A stretch of 40,525 bases of DNA from Patescibacteria group bacterium UBA661 (GCA_002299465.1 DBNX01000026.1:1-40525); one strand, 5' to 3'; shown: positions 1-9,137, counted from the first letter of the stretch. Numbers and translations are program-made. Notes: a model not told the origin generated them from the sequence alone.

Positions 1-34
1 TTATTTTGCTACTCTAGTGCCTTCCTAAATTAGT

Positions 35-1276
35 CTAAGACTGCAAAATCTGTTCGCGTAGTTGTTTGGTGAAATCCACAATAAAATGCAAATTGTGGAT
101 TGATGCTAGTTGTGGTCCTAACATTTCATTAGCTCGAAACAGATGTGCTAAATAGGCCTTGGTGTAGGTACTGGCTACATAACCACTAGAAAATGTATCC
201 AGTGGTGTGTGGTCGTTTGTGTATTTTTGGTTGAGAATATTGATTTTTTTGGTTTCTGGATAGGTTAACGACCCGCAAGCCGTAGTTAACATTTTGCCGG
301 TCTTAACGTAAATGGTGCCGGTGCGACCAATCCGCGTGGGGGCAACACAATCAAAAGTATCACACCCTTTCAAAACACCTTCCACAATATCGATTGGTTC
401 ACCAATACCCAAGAGATGTCGTGGTCTGTCTTCTGGCAAGATTTCATTTACTACTTGGAGTGATTCACCCAAATCCTCTTTGCTAAAACTCCCACCAATA
501 CCAAAGCCGTCAAAATCCATAGCTGCCAGCGCCAGAGCACTAGCTCGCCTGAGGTCGCTGTAACGACCGCCCTGAACCACACCATACAAACCCTGTTTTT
601 TAATTGCCTCGTAATTTTGTTTGTGTGCTAAGAGACTCCGCTTCGCCCAGCGGTGGGTGCGGTCCATAGCTTCTTTTTGATAATCATATTCCGCCGTGGG
701 GCTGGTGCATTCATCAAACGCCACGATAATATCCGCCCCAATCGCTTGCTGGATTTCAATTGATCTTTCCGCTGTAAAACGGTGCATTGACCCATCTAAA
801 TGAGAGGTGAAAGTCACCCCCTCTTCGTCGATGATGCAGAGCTTGCCGTGCTCGGAAGCTGCTTCCTTAGAATAGACATTAAGACTGCGCGGTTGAATGA
901 CAGAATCAGACTCAGTCACTTCTCCCTTAGCAAACTTAGTCACTCCTTTACCAAAAGCCGCACCTAAAGAAAAAACCTGAAAACCGCCCGAATCAGTCAT
1001 CGTAGGCAAACGCCAATTAGCAAACGTTTGTAATCCTCCCGCTTGCTTTATAACTTCATGGCCCGGCTGTAAAAATAGATGGTAGGTGTTGGCAAGGGTA
1101 ATTTCGTTACCAATCAATTCGCGCGCCTGTTCTGGGGTAACACCTTTTATGCTACCTTTAGTACCAACCACCACAAAAGCGGGGGTTTTCACCTCACCGT
1201 GACGAGTGTCAATAACCCCAGCCCGCGCCAGTGAACTAGCGCTTTTCTTTTCAATTCTAAAATTAATTGGTTTCAT
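35..1276 (-). CDS. tgt: Queuine tRNA-ribosyltransferase (tRNA-guanine transglycosylase)
   Basis: Motifs ARAG..T.HG...TP.F, LANTYHL, TDSGGFQVFSL, FDECT, GVVQGG, PRHLLGIG, TFDCVAPTR and HNLHF. Confidence 0.96.
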   Translation of the reverse strand: MKPINFRIEKKSASSLARAGVIDTRHGEVKTPAFVVVGTKGSIKGVTPEQARELIGNEITLANTYHLFLQPGHEVIKQAGGLQTFANWRLPTMTDSGGFQVFSLGAAFGKGVTKFAKGEVTESDSVIQPRSLNVYSKEAASEHGKLCIIDEEGVTFTSHLDGSMHRFTAERSIEIQQAIGADIIVAFDECTSPTAEYDYQKEAMDRTHRWAKRSLLAHKQNYEAIKKQGLYGVVQGGRYSDLRRASALALAAMDFDGFGIGGSFSKEDLGESLQVVNEILPEDRPRHLLGIGEPIDIVEGVLKGCDTFDCVAPTRIGRTGTIYVKTGKMLTTACGSLTYPETKKINILNQKYTNDHTPLDTFSSGYVASTYTKAYLAHLFRANEMLGPQLASIHNLHFIVDFTKQLREQILQS

Positions 1277-1334
1277 ACGAGACAGTCGTCACTACAAAAC
1301 CACTAGTTAAACACCGACTTAGAGCTTGCGTCAA

Positions 1335-1880
1335 TTACCTAACTTCTAACAAGTCAATGGCGAAAACCAAAGTAGCGTTCGGTGGAATAGGTCCAATTCC
1401 TTGCTCTCCATAAGCTAAATGCGGTGGAATAACTAAAATCCGCTGACCGCCCACCTTCATACCAACCAGCCCCTCTTCCCAACCCTTAATCACTCTCCCT
1501 TCTCCTACTTTGAAGGTAAATGACTCACCTCGTTTATTTGAATTATCAAACTCAAAACCATCCTGTAAGGTGCCCACATAATGAACTACTACCGTGTCAC
1601 CAACAGCCACTTCTCTACCGGTTCCAATTTTAATGTCGTCTATTACCATTTTTTGTAACTCGCCACTAGGACTAGCGGCTTCTAATAACGCTTCTGTACG
1701 GGCTTGATTAACATCGCCACCAGCCCCAACCATAACAGCGGCAGCGCCACCTACCTGGGCGACTTGGTTGGGGGCGGTACCAGTTGTTAAAAATGACGTC
1801 TCGATTCGAATTAAATACAACGCCATCGCCATAAACAACATACTTATCGCGATTCCAACAATCTCAAATTTACTTATCAT
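1335..1880 (-). CDS. FKBP-type peptidyl-prolyl cis-trans isomerase with N-terminal membrane anchor
   Basis: GDTVVVHYVGTLQDGFEFDNS, VIKGWEEG, IPPHLAYG, IPPNATLVF; hydrophobic N-terminus. Confidence 0.95.
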   Translation of the reverse strand: MISKFEIVGIAISMLFMAMALYLIRIETSFLTTGTAPNQVAQVGGAAAVMVGAGGDVNQARTEALLEAASPSGELQKMVIDDIKIGTGREVAVGDTVVVHYVGTLQDGFEFDNSNKRGESFTFKVGEGRVIKGWEEGLVGMKVGGQRILVIPPHLAYGEQGIGPIPPNATLVFAIDLLEVR

Positions 1881-1891
1881 ATGACGGTTAT

Positions 1892-3004
1892 TTATTGTTT
1901 TATAATAGCGTTTTCTGTTGAAGTTGCAAGTGCTGATGGTATTGTCAGATTGCCGGCGAGGATTGACGATACCAACACCTCATCACTTCGTTCTGCTAAT
2001 TCTGCCAGAAAATCTTGACGCATTTCTTCTGCCATTAACGTTGGCTGAGCAGGCTGCGTCAGAGTTTCAACTGGCCAAAAAATTAACTGTGGTGTGCCTG
2101 CCAAAAACTTTAGCTCTAAAACCAAACCCTGCTGAACATCACGTGAAAAATATTGATCAAATATAAAATTGCCCAACGAATAAAATACCGGCACCTCGTC
2201 AATAATTTCTACCGACTGCACCACGTGTGGATGGTGTCCAATAATCAAATCAATTCCTAAGGCAACCAATTTTCTGGCAAATTGCCGCTGCGCTGAAGAC
2301 GGAGTTAGTTCGTATTCATTACCCCAATGAATATAGGCAATTTGCAGATCTGATGATTGTGACAAATTAGCTAACGCTGGTTGTAATTCTTCCTTGGTGT
2401 AGGAATGTATTAATGTATGAAGACCAATAATCCCCACTCTCTTATCGGACACCTCAATTACAGTTGTTGAGGTGGCGTTAATAACGCTCGGATGCCCAAA
2501 TGGATTAAGTGCCTGCTCGGTAAGAATATTTACAGTGTTACTTAAACCCGCTCCGCCATAATCAAAAGCGTGATTATTGGCTAGTGAAAAATGAGTAAAG
2601 CCCGCCTCGCTTAGGGCTGGAATAAATTGCTCAGAAACCGAAAATTGAAAGGTGAAGTTAGGAGTCCGCCGGTGTTGAAGCGGTATAGCAGCCTCAAAAT
2701 TGCCGACCACAAAATCCTCCCCAGTCGTCCAGGGTAGCTGACCGAGATGCGGATAATCAAAACCTCTAACCGTCATTAAGTGCTCAACGTGTCGAGCTAG
2801 CATCACGTCACCAGTAAAGAAAATAGATTTGGCTGGCGGTACTTCTAAATCAATATATTCATCTTCGCTAGTTTTGGTTCCCGGTTCACCTAGAGCGAGG
2901 TTGGGAAAATTGGTGACTGACAGGTTTAGGTAAGCAAACCACAAACCAGACCCCAACATAACAGCCAGAAATACACCAGCCACTTTTTTGACCAGATTAT
3001 TCAT
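1892..3004 (-). CDS. CapA-family (PGA_cap) metallophosphoesterase, membrane-anchored
   Basis: GDVML, GNFE, SLANNHAFDYG, IHWGNEY, IGHHPHVVQ, YSLGNFIFDQ motifs; N-terminal TM. Confidence 0.9.
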   Translation of the reverse strand: MNNLVKKVAGVFLAVMLGSGLWFAYLNLSVTNFPNLALGEPGTKTSEDEYIDLEVPPAKSIFFTGDVMLARHVEHLMTVRGFDYPHLGQLPWTTGEDFVVGNFEAAIPLQHRRTPNFTFQFSVSEQFIPALSEAGFTHFSLANNHAFDYGGAGLSNTVNILTEQALNPFGHPSVINATSTTVIEVSDKRVGIIGLHTLIHSYTKEELQPALANLSQSSDLQIAYIHWGNEYELTPSSAQRQFARKLVALGIDLIIGHHPHVVQSVEIIDEVPVFYSLGNFIFDQYFSRDVQQGLVLELKFLAGTPQLIFWPVETLTQPAQPTLMAEEMRQDFLAELAERSDEVLVSSILAGNLTIPSALATSTENAIIKQ

Positions 3005-3007
3005 AGT

Positions 3008-3430
3008 TTACTCAAAAAATGTGTGGGGTGAGGTCGGGTGAAACGGTCCTGCTTTATAGTGGTACATCGCTGCCAACAAACCTCCGAGAGCGAGAATAAG
3101 TGTTAACAAGATAGTGACAAAATGGTGGGCGTTGGGATGATAATTTTTTTGTCCAATTTTGCCTTCTAACTCTGTAATTCTAACTTCGATACCTAACAAC
3201 GAGGAAATTTCCTGCGGATTAAGAGAGCAGTCAGACCGCTGAATTTTATACAAACCTTGTAGTTTTTCTGGTGTCGGAGTGTTGTGTTTTTGTATTAAAT
3301 CAACAATTTTGTCTATATCTTCCGCAGAAAATCTGGCTTGCTCTAGTGCGGATTTAATAGCCTCTCGGGATGAGGCCAGTGACAATCCTTGAATCTTTAA
3401 CATTATTTCAATATCAAGTAGATTCGGCAT
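3008..3430 (-). CDS. Hypothetical protein with C-terminal transmembrane helix
   Basis: 140-aa ORF packed tightly between co-oriented neighbours; hydrophobic FVTILLTLILALGGLLAAMY. Confidence 0.7.
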   Translation of the reverse strand: MPNLLDIEIMLKIQGLSLASSREAIKSALEQARFSAEDIDKIVDLIQKHNTPTPEKLQGLYKIQRSDCSLNPQEISSLLGIEVRITELEGKIGQKNYHPNAHHFVTILLTLILALGGLLAAMYHYKAGPFHPTSPHTFFE

Positions 3431-3437
3431 ACTAAGT

Positions 3438-4481
3438 TCACTTGCGCGTTTTATTACTACTGTCGACTGTGTATTGATTATAAATCTCTAACAAAACTAC
3501 AAACAAGGTGATGATGACTGGACCGATAATAAAACCAATTGGTCCAAAGGCCGAAATACCACCCAGTACCGAGATAAGAACAATGAATGGGTGAAGTTTG
3601 TTGCCTCGACTCATTAACTGGGGAGCGACAATATTATCGATAACGATAATCGAAACTATCATCCAAACCAACAAACCAATTGCCGCTCCCACATCACCGG
3701 TGAAAAACAAAAACAAAATACCGGGAATCATTATTGCGGGAGTACCCACTCCAGGTAACATCGCTAAGACGGCACCAATCGCCCCCCACAAAACCGCTCG
3801 TTCAATACCAAAAATGGTAAAGCCTAAAGCGGCTAACGTACCCTGCAGTAGAGAGACCAGTAGGATTCCAGTTGCCACCGAGCGTACCGCGACTGCTAAT
3901 CGGCTTAAAATTACTGAATCGTCTTTGTCGCTCAGTGGACTAATCTTAATTAGGATTTTCAAAAATTCTCGCCCATCACGGAAAAAATAAAATGAACCGA
4001 TCAAAGAGATGAGGACAACAAACACTGTCGAGATTGTTCCGGCAAAAATTCGTCCAATATTACCCACAAACCATTCTGCACTTTGCTTGATTTGTTCAGT
4101 TAAATCAATCGAAAAACCCGGGAGGTACACCTGTACAGTTTGTTCAATGTTTTCAATATAACGATCAATTGGTAGTTCCCCGCCAGCTCCCAGCGTTTGA
4201 TAAAAACTAACCAATTCTCTAACCAACACTGACGATATAAAAATGAGGGGCAGAATGATTACAACCACCGCCATCACAGTCGTGATGGCAGCGGCCAAAG
4301 ATTTGTTATTTTTATAAACATTACGCTCGATTATTTCATATAGCGGATAACAAATTGTTACGATAATCACCGCCAGCGCGAGGGCAGTAATAAAGGGCGA
4401 AAAGACCTGCCACACTAGGTAACCGGAAGCAATTAAAACTGCAAAAAAGAATGCGTACTCGACTACTCGGTGTAATGACAT
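3438..4481 (-). CDS. AI-2E family (UPF0118) transporter
   Basis: Multi-TM; FYFFRDG, AMLPGVG, IDNIVAP, HPFIVLISVLGG...FGPIGFIIGP motifs. Confidence 0.92.
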   Translation of the reverse strand: MSLHRVVEYAFFFAVLIASGYLVWQVFSPFITALALAVIIVTICYPLYEIIERNVYKNNKSLAAAITTVMAVVVIILPLIFISSVLVRELVSFYQTLGAGGELPIDRYIENIEQTVQVYLPGFSIDLTEQIKQSAEWFVGNIGRIFAGTISTVFVVLISLIGSFYFFRDGREFLKILIKISPLSDKDDSVILSRLAVAVRSVATGILLVSLLQGTLAALGFTIFGIERAVLWGAIGAVLAMLPGVGTPAIMIPGILFLFFTGDVGAAIGLLVWMIVSIIVIDNIVAPQLMSRGNKLHPFIVLISVLGGISAFGPIGFIIGPVIITLFVVLLEIYNQYTVDSSNKTRK

Positions 4482-4511
4482 AAAATTATTATCAGCTTAA
4501 TAATATCAGCC

Positions 4512-4545
4512 AAAAATCAAAAGGACTAGGCATATGCCCAGTCCT
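4512..4545 (-). terminator. Intrinsic terminator after the 50-aa ORF
   Basis: Minus-strand RNA AGGACUGGGC-AUAU-GCCUAGUCCU followed by UUUGAUUUUU; the G-U pair fits the minus strand. Confidence 0.8.
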
Positions 4546-4550
4546 AACGT

Positions 4551-4703
4551 TTATATCTCAGAGAGACGTTGTTCTGATTTTTGAGCAGCACTCTCTAGGG
4601 CTTTGAAGCTAGCCGAGAGTGCTTGTTCTAAATCAGACATCGCTTGTCCCATGAAATAAAAAAGACCCCACAAAATAATAATGAAACCAATGGCTGTGCG
4701 CAT
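4551..4703 (-). CDS. Small 50-aa membrane protein (not in the ORF track)
   Basis: ATG at 4703 to TAA at 4551 gives MRTAIGFIIILWGLFYFMGQAMSDLEQALSASFKALESAAQKSEQRLSEI. It has a promoter upstream and a terminator 5 nt after the stop. Confidence 0.75.
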   Translation of the reverse strand: MRTAIGFIIILWGLFYFMGQAMSDLEQALSASFKALESAAQKSEQRLSEI

Positions 4704-4794
4704 AACTTAGTTATGTTGTTACCCCCAAACCCACTTCGCAGCGAGCTCTGTATAAATGACAGAAGGGCGCAGACCATCTCGGCATCTGTCTTAG

Positions 4795-4822
4795 ATTATA
4801 CCATATCTCAGCAAATTTACAA
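4795..4822 (-). promoter_or_regulatory. Sigma70-type promoter for the 50-aa ORF
   Basis: Minus strand TTGTAA-16 nt-TATAAT with an extended -10 (TG-G-TATAAT). Confidence 0.65.
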
Positions 4823-4923
4823 CCAGCCAGCTCTGGATAAGTCTTGGTTTTATTATTTTTTGCCGCCACTTTCAAATTAACGCTAGAAAAATAAATGCCA
4901 GACACTAATTAACTCTATCGAAA

Positions 4924-5670
4924 CTAGTAAAAGTTGTATAAAAAATCTAGACCCAGCCAGTTAAAAGCTCTGGTACTTAGGTCGAGGATAAGACCCTCTT
5001 GCCCAATTAGTAAGAGAACGCCAATAACAGCAATTATGGTGGCAGCTGTGTAGCGTAGTAAAGTCTCAAGCCAAAGTAGGGTTGCTAGTTTGGCTTGGAA
5101 ACGGGAGAAGAGATAAGCACAAAGCATAAACGAGGTGGAGAGACCGACTGAGAATACCACTAATAACAAGGCGGCTGTGCTGGTTGCATTGGCGGTACTC
5201 GCCATCAACAATATCGTTCCTAAGATTGGACCGATACACGGACTCCAGCTAAGAGAGAAAAAGACTCCCAGCATAAGTGAGCTGGACTTAGTACCTGGAA
5301 CGATAAAGCGTGGTAACGGAAATCCTCCCTGGCCAAATTTAATGATAGACAAACGAAAGAAAAGTGTCACTGCAAAAATTATTAGTAAGAAACCAGAAAT
5401 CTGACGCAACAGTGGTACCCAATCGTTAACCAGCCCACCGAGCATCCCCGCCAACAATCCTAATGTGATAAAAATTATGGAAAAACCAAAACTGAAAAAA
5501 GCAGCGTTTGTGAGCATCTTGTGGCGGTACTGGAGAGGAGATAATCCGTTTTTGTCACCAGACAGAACCGCTAAAAAAGCGGGGATGAGAGGTAGCGTGC
5601 AAGGCGCCAAGAACATCAACACCCCCGCCAAAAAGCTAGCGACAATTAGTAATGTAGTTATCTCTAGCAT
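4924..5670 (-). CDS. ccdA: CcdA/DsbD-beta family membrane disulfide reductase
   Basis: FLAPCTLPLIPAFL and WSPCIGPILG catalytic Pro-Cys motifs; about 6 TM helices. Confidence 0.9.
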   Translation of the reverse strand: MLEITTLLIVASFLAGVLMFLAPCTLPLIPAFLAVLSGDKNGLSPLQYRHKMLTNAAFFSFGFSIIFITLGLLAGMLGGLVNDWVPLLRQISGFLLIIFAVTLFFRLSIIKFGQGGFPLPRFIVPGTKSSSLMLGVFFSLSWSPCIGPILGTILLMASTANATSTAALLLVVFSVGLSTSFMLCAYLFSRFQAKLATLLWLETLLRYTAATIIAVIGVLLLIGQEGLILDLSTRAFNWLGLDFLYNFY

Positions 5671-5674
5671 AAAA

Positions 5675-6235
5675 CTAGGGTTGTAAAACCGAATTAATAT
5701 GGGTGCGTAAAGTATCGCTATCTACCTGACCGCGCCAGTGCTGAATTATTTCACCCCGTTGGTTAAAAAGGACGGTCTCGGGCATCGCGTAACCGCCAAC
5801 CGTTTGGTAGAAACGATCTTCAGTGTCAATTACCACCAGTAACTCTGGTAGTGGTGGTACGGTTGCTAAATATCTTTGTGCCAACGCTAGTGTATCTTTG
5901 CGGTTTAGCGCAATGAAAACAACTCCGCGGTCACGCAGTTCCCCACTGAGTGCATTTAGCATCGACAAATCTGTATTCGAGTACGGAGACCAACTAGCCC
6001 ACGCCATAACGACGATTACCTTACCCAAATAATCGTCTAAATTTACAGGGTTACCGTTTATATCAACGTAAGTAAATTCACCAGCGGTTGATTCCGATTG
6101 CTTAAATAATTCCCTTGTTTCATCGACGACTCGGGTAGTTTGGTAATGTAAATAAAAATAAGTTGCCAGCAAAACCACGAGGGCTATCCCCGACAGTAGA
6201 CCAATAAACTTTAGCTGGGCTGGTGATAATTTCAT
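5675..6235 (-). CDS. TlpA/ResA-like membrane-anchored thioredoxin, CXXC replaced by SXXS
   Basis: GNPVNLDDYLGKVIVVMAWASWSPYS and MPETVLFNQRGEI match the TlpA fold; the protein has no Cys. Confidence 0.85.
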   Translation of the reverse strand: MKLSPAQLKFIGLLSGIALVVLLATYFYLHYQTTRVVDETRELFKQSESTAGEFTYVDINGNPVNLDDYLGKVIVVMAWASWSPYSNTDLSMLNALSGELRDRGVVFIALNRKDTLALAQRYLATVPPLPELLVVIDTEDRFYQTVGGYAMPETVLFNQRGEIIQHWRGQVDSDTLRTHINSVLQP

Positions 6236-6238
6236 TGC

Positions 6239-6922
6239 TTATTGATTGGTGAGTACGGCAATAACTTCTCGCCAATTCTCAATTGGCTGGGCGCCAGAAA
6301 TAATTTGAGAATTACCAGAAGGCAGGTGTTTGACGATACTAAAAGGTGTCCCACGCGCGCCCAAATCAAGCGCTGCTGCAGCATCAGCATTCACTAAAGT
6401 CTCAATCTCCGGGTTACTTAAACACTCAACAAACCCAGCTTCTTCGACACCAAGAGCCACTGCTTCACGAATATAAAGATCTCGAGAATATGAACCGATA
6501 AAGGGGTAGAGGCGTTCTAGATATGTGAAAAAATCAGCGGCGCCTAATTGTTTACCCACGCATTCGCTGGCGATGGCTGAGGGTAGTGATTCGCTGTTCC
6601 GGGGCGATGGGAGATGACGGTATTCCCAACGGATAGTTCCTGCGGACTGGTCCACCAGAGTTTTAAGAATGGGGTGTAGCCGAGCGCAGAACGGACACTT
6701 TAAATCAGAGAATTCGACGATGACTATTTCTGCCTCTGAATTACCGTAATAAAACGCGGGCTGACTGCGTTCGGGAATAGGTATCACGGACAACTGTTCG
6801 GTCTGGGGCAAATTTGCAGCTGGAGCAGGAACCTCATTACCACGTATACCAATGAGCATGAGTGAAGCCGCCACTAATCCCGACCCAGCTAAAATTGCAA
6901 TAGCAACGTGCGCTCTGTTCAT
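6239..6922 (-). CDS. DsbA-family thiol-disulfide oxidoreductase (Thioredoxin_4-like)
   Basis: IVEFSDLKCPFC, YRHLP, GARGTP, ISGAQP; N-terminal TM. Confidence 0.92.
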   Translation of the reverse strand: MNRAHVAIAILAGSGLVAASLMLIGIRGNEVPAPAANLPQTEQLSVIPIPERSQPAFYYGNSEAEIVIVEFSDLKCPFCARLHPILKTLVDQSAGTIRWEYRHLPSPRNSESLPSAIASECVGKQLGAADFFTYLERLYPFIGSYSRDLYIREAVALGVEEAGFVECLSNPEIETLVNADAAAALDLGARGTPFSIVKHLPSGNSQIISGAQPIENWREVIAVLTNQ

Positions 6923-6926
6923 AGAC

Positions 6927-7406
6927 TTAACCCTTTATGAATAATTCAAAGTTATCTGGCGTTTCTCCGGGAGCGGGCGGTATAAGATTGAGGAGTACTT
7001 CCCTATCCATAAAGAAAGCTTTTACCTCCGCTTCTTCAGAAGCGGTAGTTGTAATTAAAAATCTTTGGGTTGTAGCCAACGTTGCACAAAATTCGGCTTG
7101 ATTTATTACTGTAAAATCAAGCCGAATTGTCTCTGGATAAGAATCCATAACCTGAGCTGAAGTGTTTAACAAATCGCAGGGTGTCGGTAAAGTAATCTCA
7201 CCCGCAAAAGTGTGTACTCCGTCAATGAAAAAGTGCTTGGCATCAATTCTAGTGATGCCAAGATAAGGGTCAGCGGCAGTTTCTTCCTTGGGTGGAGTGG
7301 TTACCGTCTCTGGCTGTGCTGATTGATTTAAATAGGCAAAAATAAACATCCCCAATACCAAGACGATGAAGAGGATTACCGCTAGTACAATTGTTCGCTT
7401 GTCCAT
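6927..7406 (-). CDS. Membrane-anchored exported hypothetical protein with a probable disulfide
   Basis: N-terminal TM, then a beta-rich domain with LPTPC...EFCA. Confidence 0.75.
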   Translation of the reverse strand: MDKRTIVLAVILFIVLVLGMFIFAYLNQSAQPETVTTPPKEETAADPYLGITRIDAKHFFIDGVHTFAGEITLPTPCDLLNTSAQVMDSYPETIRLDFTVINQAEFCATLATTQRFLITTTASEEAEVKAFFMDREVLLNLIPPAPGETPDNFELFIKG

Positions 7407-7434
7407 AGTGAATATAAATTAAGTTAACACTTCT

Positions 7435-7443
7435 AGTATAACA
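7435..7443 (-). promoter_or_regulatory. Extended -10 promoter element for the 7406/dsbA/tlpA/ccdA operon
   Basis: Minus strand TG-T-TATACT about 30 nt upstream of the ATG at 7406. Confidence 0.45.
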
Positions 7444-7502
7444 CTTATCGTTCTAGGATGTGAGCTTATTACCTGCTGTCTCAGAAGTACTCGACATAAC
7501 TT

Positions 7503-9137
7503 TTACCTAGAGCCACCCTCTGTAGAAACCTGTGCAAAGTCCTCACCGACAAAAATCGTAATTGGCGCGGTCTCATCCACACTCGCCCGAGCTGAAACTA
7601 AAGCATTACCAAGAATACTACTGAGCGGGACGATGGTTTCGTATTTGTTAAAATCAACCACAATCACAGTTCTTTTTTGTGGTTCGGTAAAATCAGCTTC
7701 TAGCGACACCACTTGATAGCCGTTAGCTTCCAGTAATAACCTAGCCCGCGCGCCGAGACCAGCCACACCACTGCGATTGACGACCGCAACTTTAGGCAAG
7801 TCACTTTGTGGTTCTTTTGTGTCCGGGTTGGCGGCGTTTAGTTGTTCGTAAATAATCTCTTCCGATGTCTTTTGCAGTCCTTCTGTTGGTGTTGAATCAA
7901 AATATGTCACCTCATACGGACGATGGTTAACTAAGGCATTACTGGCGTACCACCCAACCATTGCCAAAAAACCAGCGCTTAATAAAAGTCCCAAAAAGAA
8001 CAATCGATAAGCGAACACAAACGAAAACATGGTTTTGATGCGATCCTGCCAGCTCGTGGTATTTTGCATCCGGTTAGACAAATCTAATATCCCCGCCTGC
8101 ACTGGAGCCTGTAACTTCACAGAGCGAGCCTGAGCGCGGTTCTGGACTTGTTGGTAATCTTCAATTCTTACTCCCGCCAAGGACAACATACGCCGCACGT
8201 AAAGTCTGATGAGCCAAGACATCAGAGTTACAAAAACCACTAACCCCACAACAATCCAGAACAAAAGATTGAGAGGCAATAACCAAAAAGTTGTTTCCGC
8301 CGACGCGAATTGTCGTTCATCTGTGCCATAAGCCAGCGTAGCGATTGCGGTGTAGCGACCAATATCAGCGATTGACCACTCCCCCCGCCAGGTAAATTGG
8401 AGTTCTCGAATACTTTGAGGTAAGACATTGCCAAAATTAGAAAATTGATTTATCGGCACCAACCCTCGTTCTTCTCCCCACATATTTAAAATTTTAATTT
8501 CACCCTGTGGCCGCAAGTGGACATTGCCTTGATTTTGAAAACGTAAAGAAAAAGTGGCTTCGGGCTGACTGAGGATAGACTCTGTCGTAGAAAATTCTCG
8601 AATCAACCCCGCTTCGTTTATTTCACCAGCAATGCGAGCAAAAAATAACGAGGTGATGACTTGGGCGGTTTGCAACTTAGACTGGCCAGGTTCACCCGCT
8701 AGTGGTCTAGTGCCAATTAGGATGGCAGCATAATGTCCACCGGGACCAGCGTCAGCTGGTACACTAACCGTAAACGGGACTTCGACGGTTTGTTCTCTTG
8801 GTATCACTATCGCCTCCCGCGAAATCGTAAACCACTCAGCGATGGTTGCACCCGTCCTGTCGTTTTCATCAATCGGAACAAATCGTCCATCACCACCCTC
8901 ACCCTGTGGAAGAAAATTAACAACATCAGCATACACCGTTAAATCAAAAGCATTCACATTAACGACTTTGATCGAACTGTTCCAGACTTGCCCCGGCTCA
9001 GCCGCCATATCATAGAGCGTCGGCGACACACTAATCGTAATGGCCTCTTGCGCGTAAGCAGGTAAGGCAAACAAAACCCAAACCGCAAAAGTTAAGAGTA
9101 GGCTGCTTAAGTAGTTAATTATTCTGATTTTTGTCAT
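7503..9137 (-). CDS. DUF916/WxLIP-like exported protein with two TM segments and a C-terminal LytR_C domain
   Basis: Start moved to ATG 9137 (MTKIRII...AYA|Q signal peptide). ISVSPTLYDMAAEPG, VPFTVSVPADAGPGGHYAAI, FQNQGNVHLRPQGEI; C-terminal VAVVNRSGVAGLG...ITIFVGEDF resembles LytR_C. Confidence 0.75.
   Translation of the reverse strand: MTKIRIINYLSSLLLTFAVWVLFALPAYAQEAITISVSPTLYDMAAEPGQVWNSSIKVVNVNAFDLTVYADVVNFLPQGEGGDGRFVPIDENDRTGATIAEWFTISREAIVIPREQTVEVPFTVSVPADAGPGGHYAAILIGTRPLAGEPGQSKLQTAQVITSLFFARIAGEINEAGLIREFSTTESILSQPEATFSLRFQNQGNVHLRPQGEIKILNMWGEERGLVPINQFSNFGNVLPQSIRELQFTWRGEWSIADIGRYTAIATLAYGTDERQFASAETTFWLLPLNLLFWIVVGLVVFVTLMSWLIRLYVRRMLSLAGVRIEDYQQVQNRAQARSVKLQAPVQAGILDLSNRMQNTTSWQDRIKTMFSFVFAYRLFFLGLLLSAGFLAMVGWYASNALVNHRPYEVTYFDSTPTEGLQKTSEEIIYEQLNAANPDTKEPQSDLPKVAVVNRSGVAGLGARARLLLEANGYQVVSLEADFTEPQKRTVIVVDFNKYETIVPLSSILGNALVSARASVDETAPITIFVGEDFAQVSTEGGSR

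Noticed and set aside
1892-3004. Poly-gamma-glutamate capsule operon
   Set aside because: Only a CapA-family domain is present, with no capB or capC; stand-alone CapA homologs are widespread.
4704-4730. preQ1 riboswitch (AACUAAG tail, tgt nearby)
   Set aside because: The matching 5' stem and loop are absent, and the downstream gene is not Q-related.
4644-4905. ORF-track entries 4644-4880 (+) and 4711-4905 (-)
   Set aside because: They overlap the promoter and leader of the better-supported 50-aa ORF and lack protein-like features.
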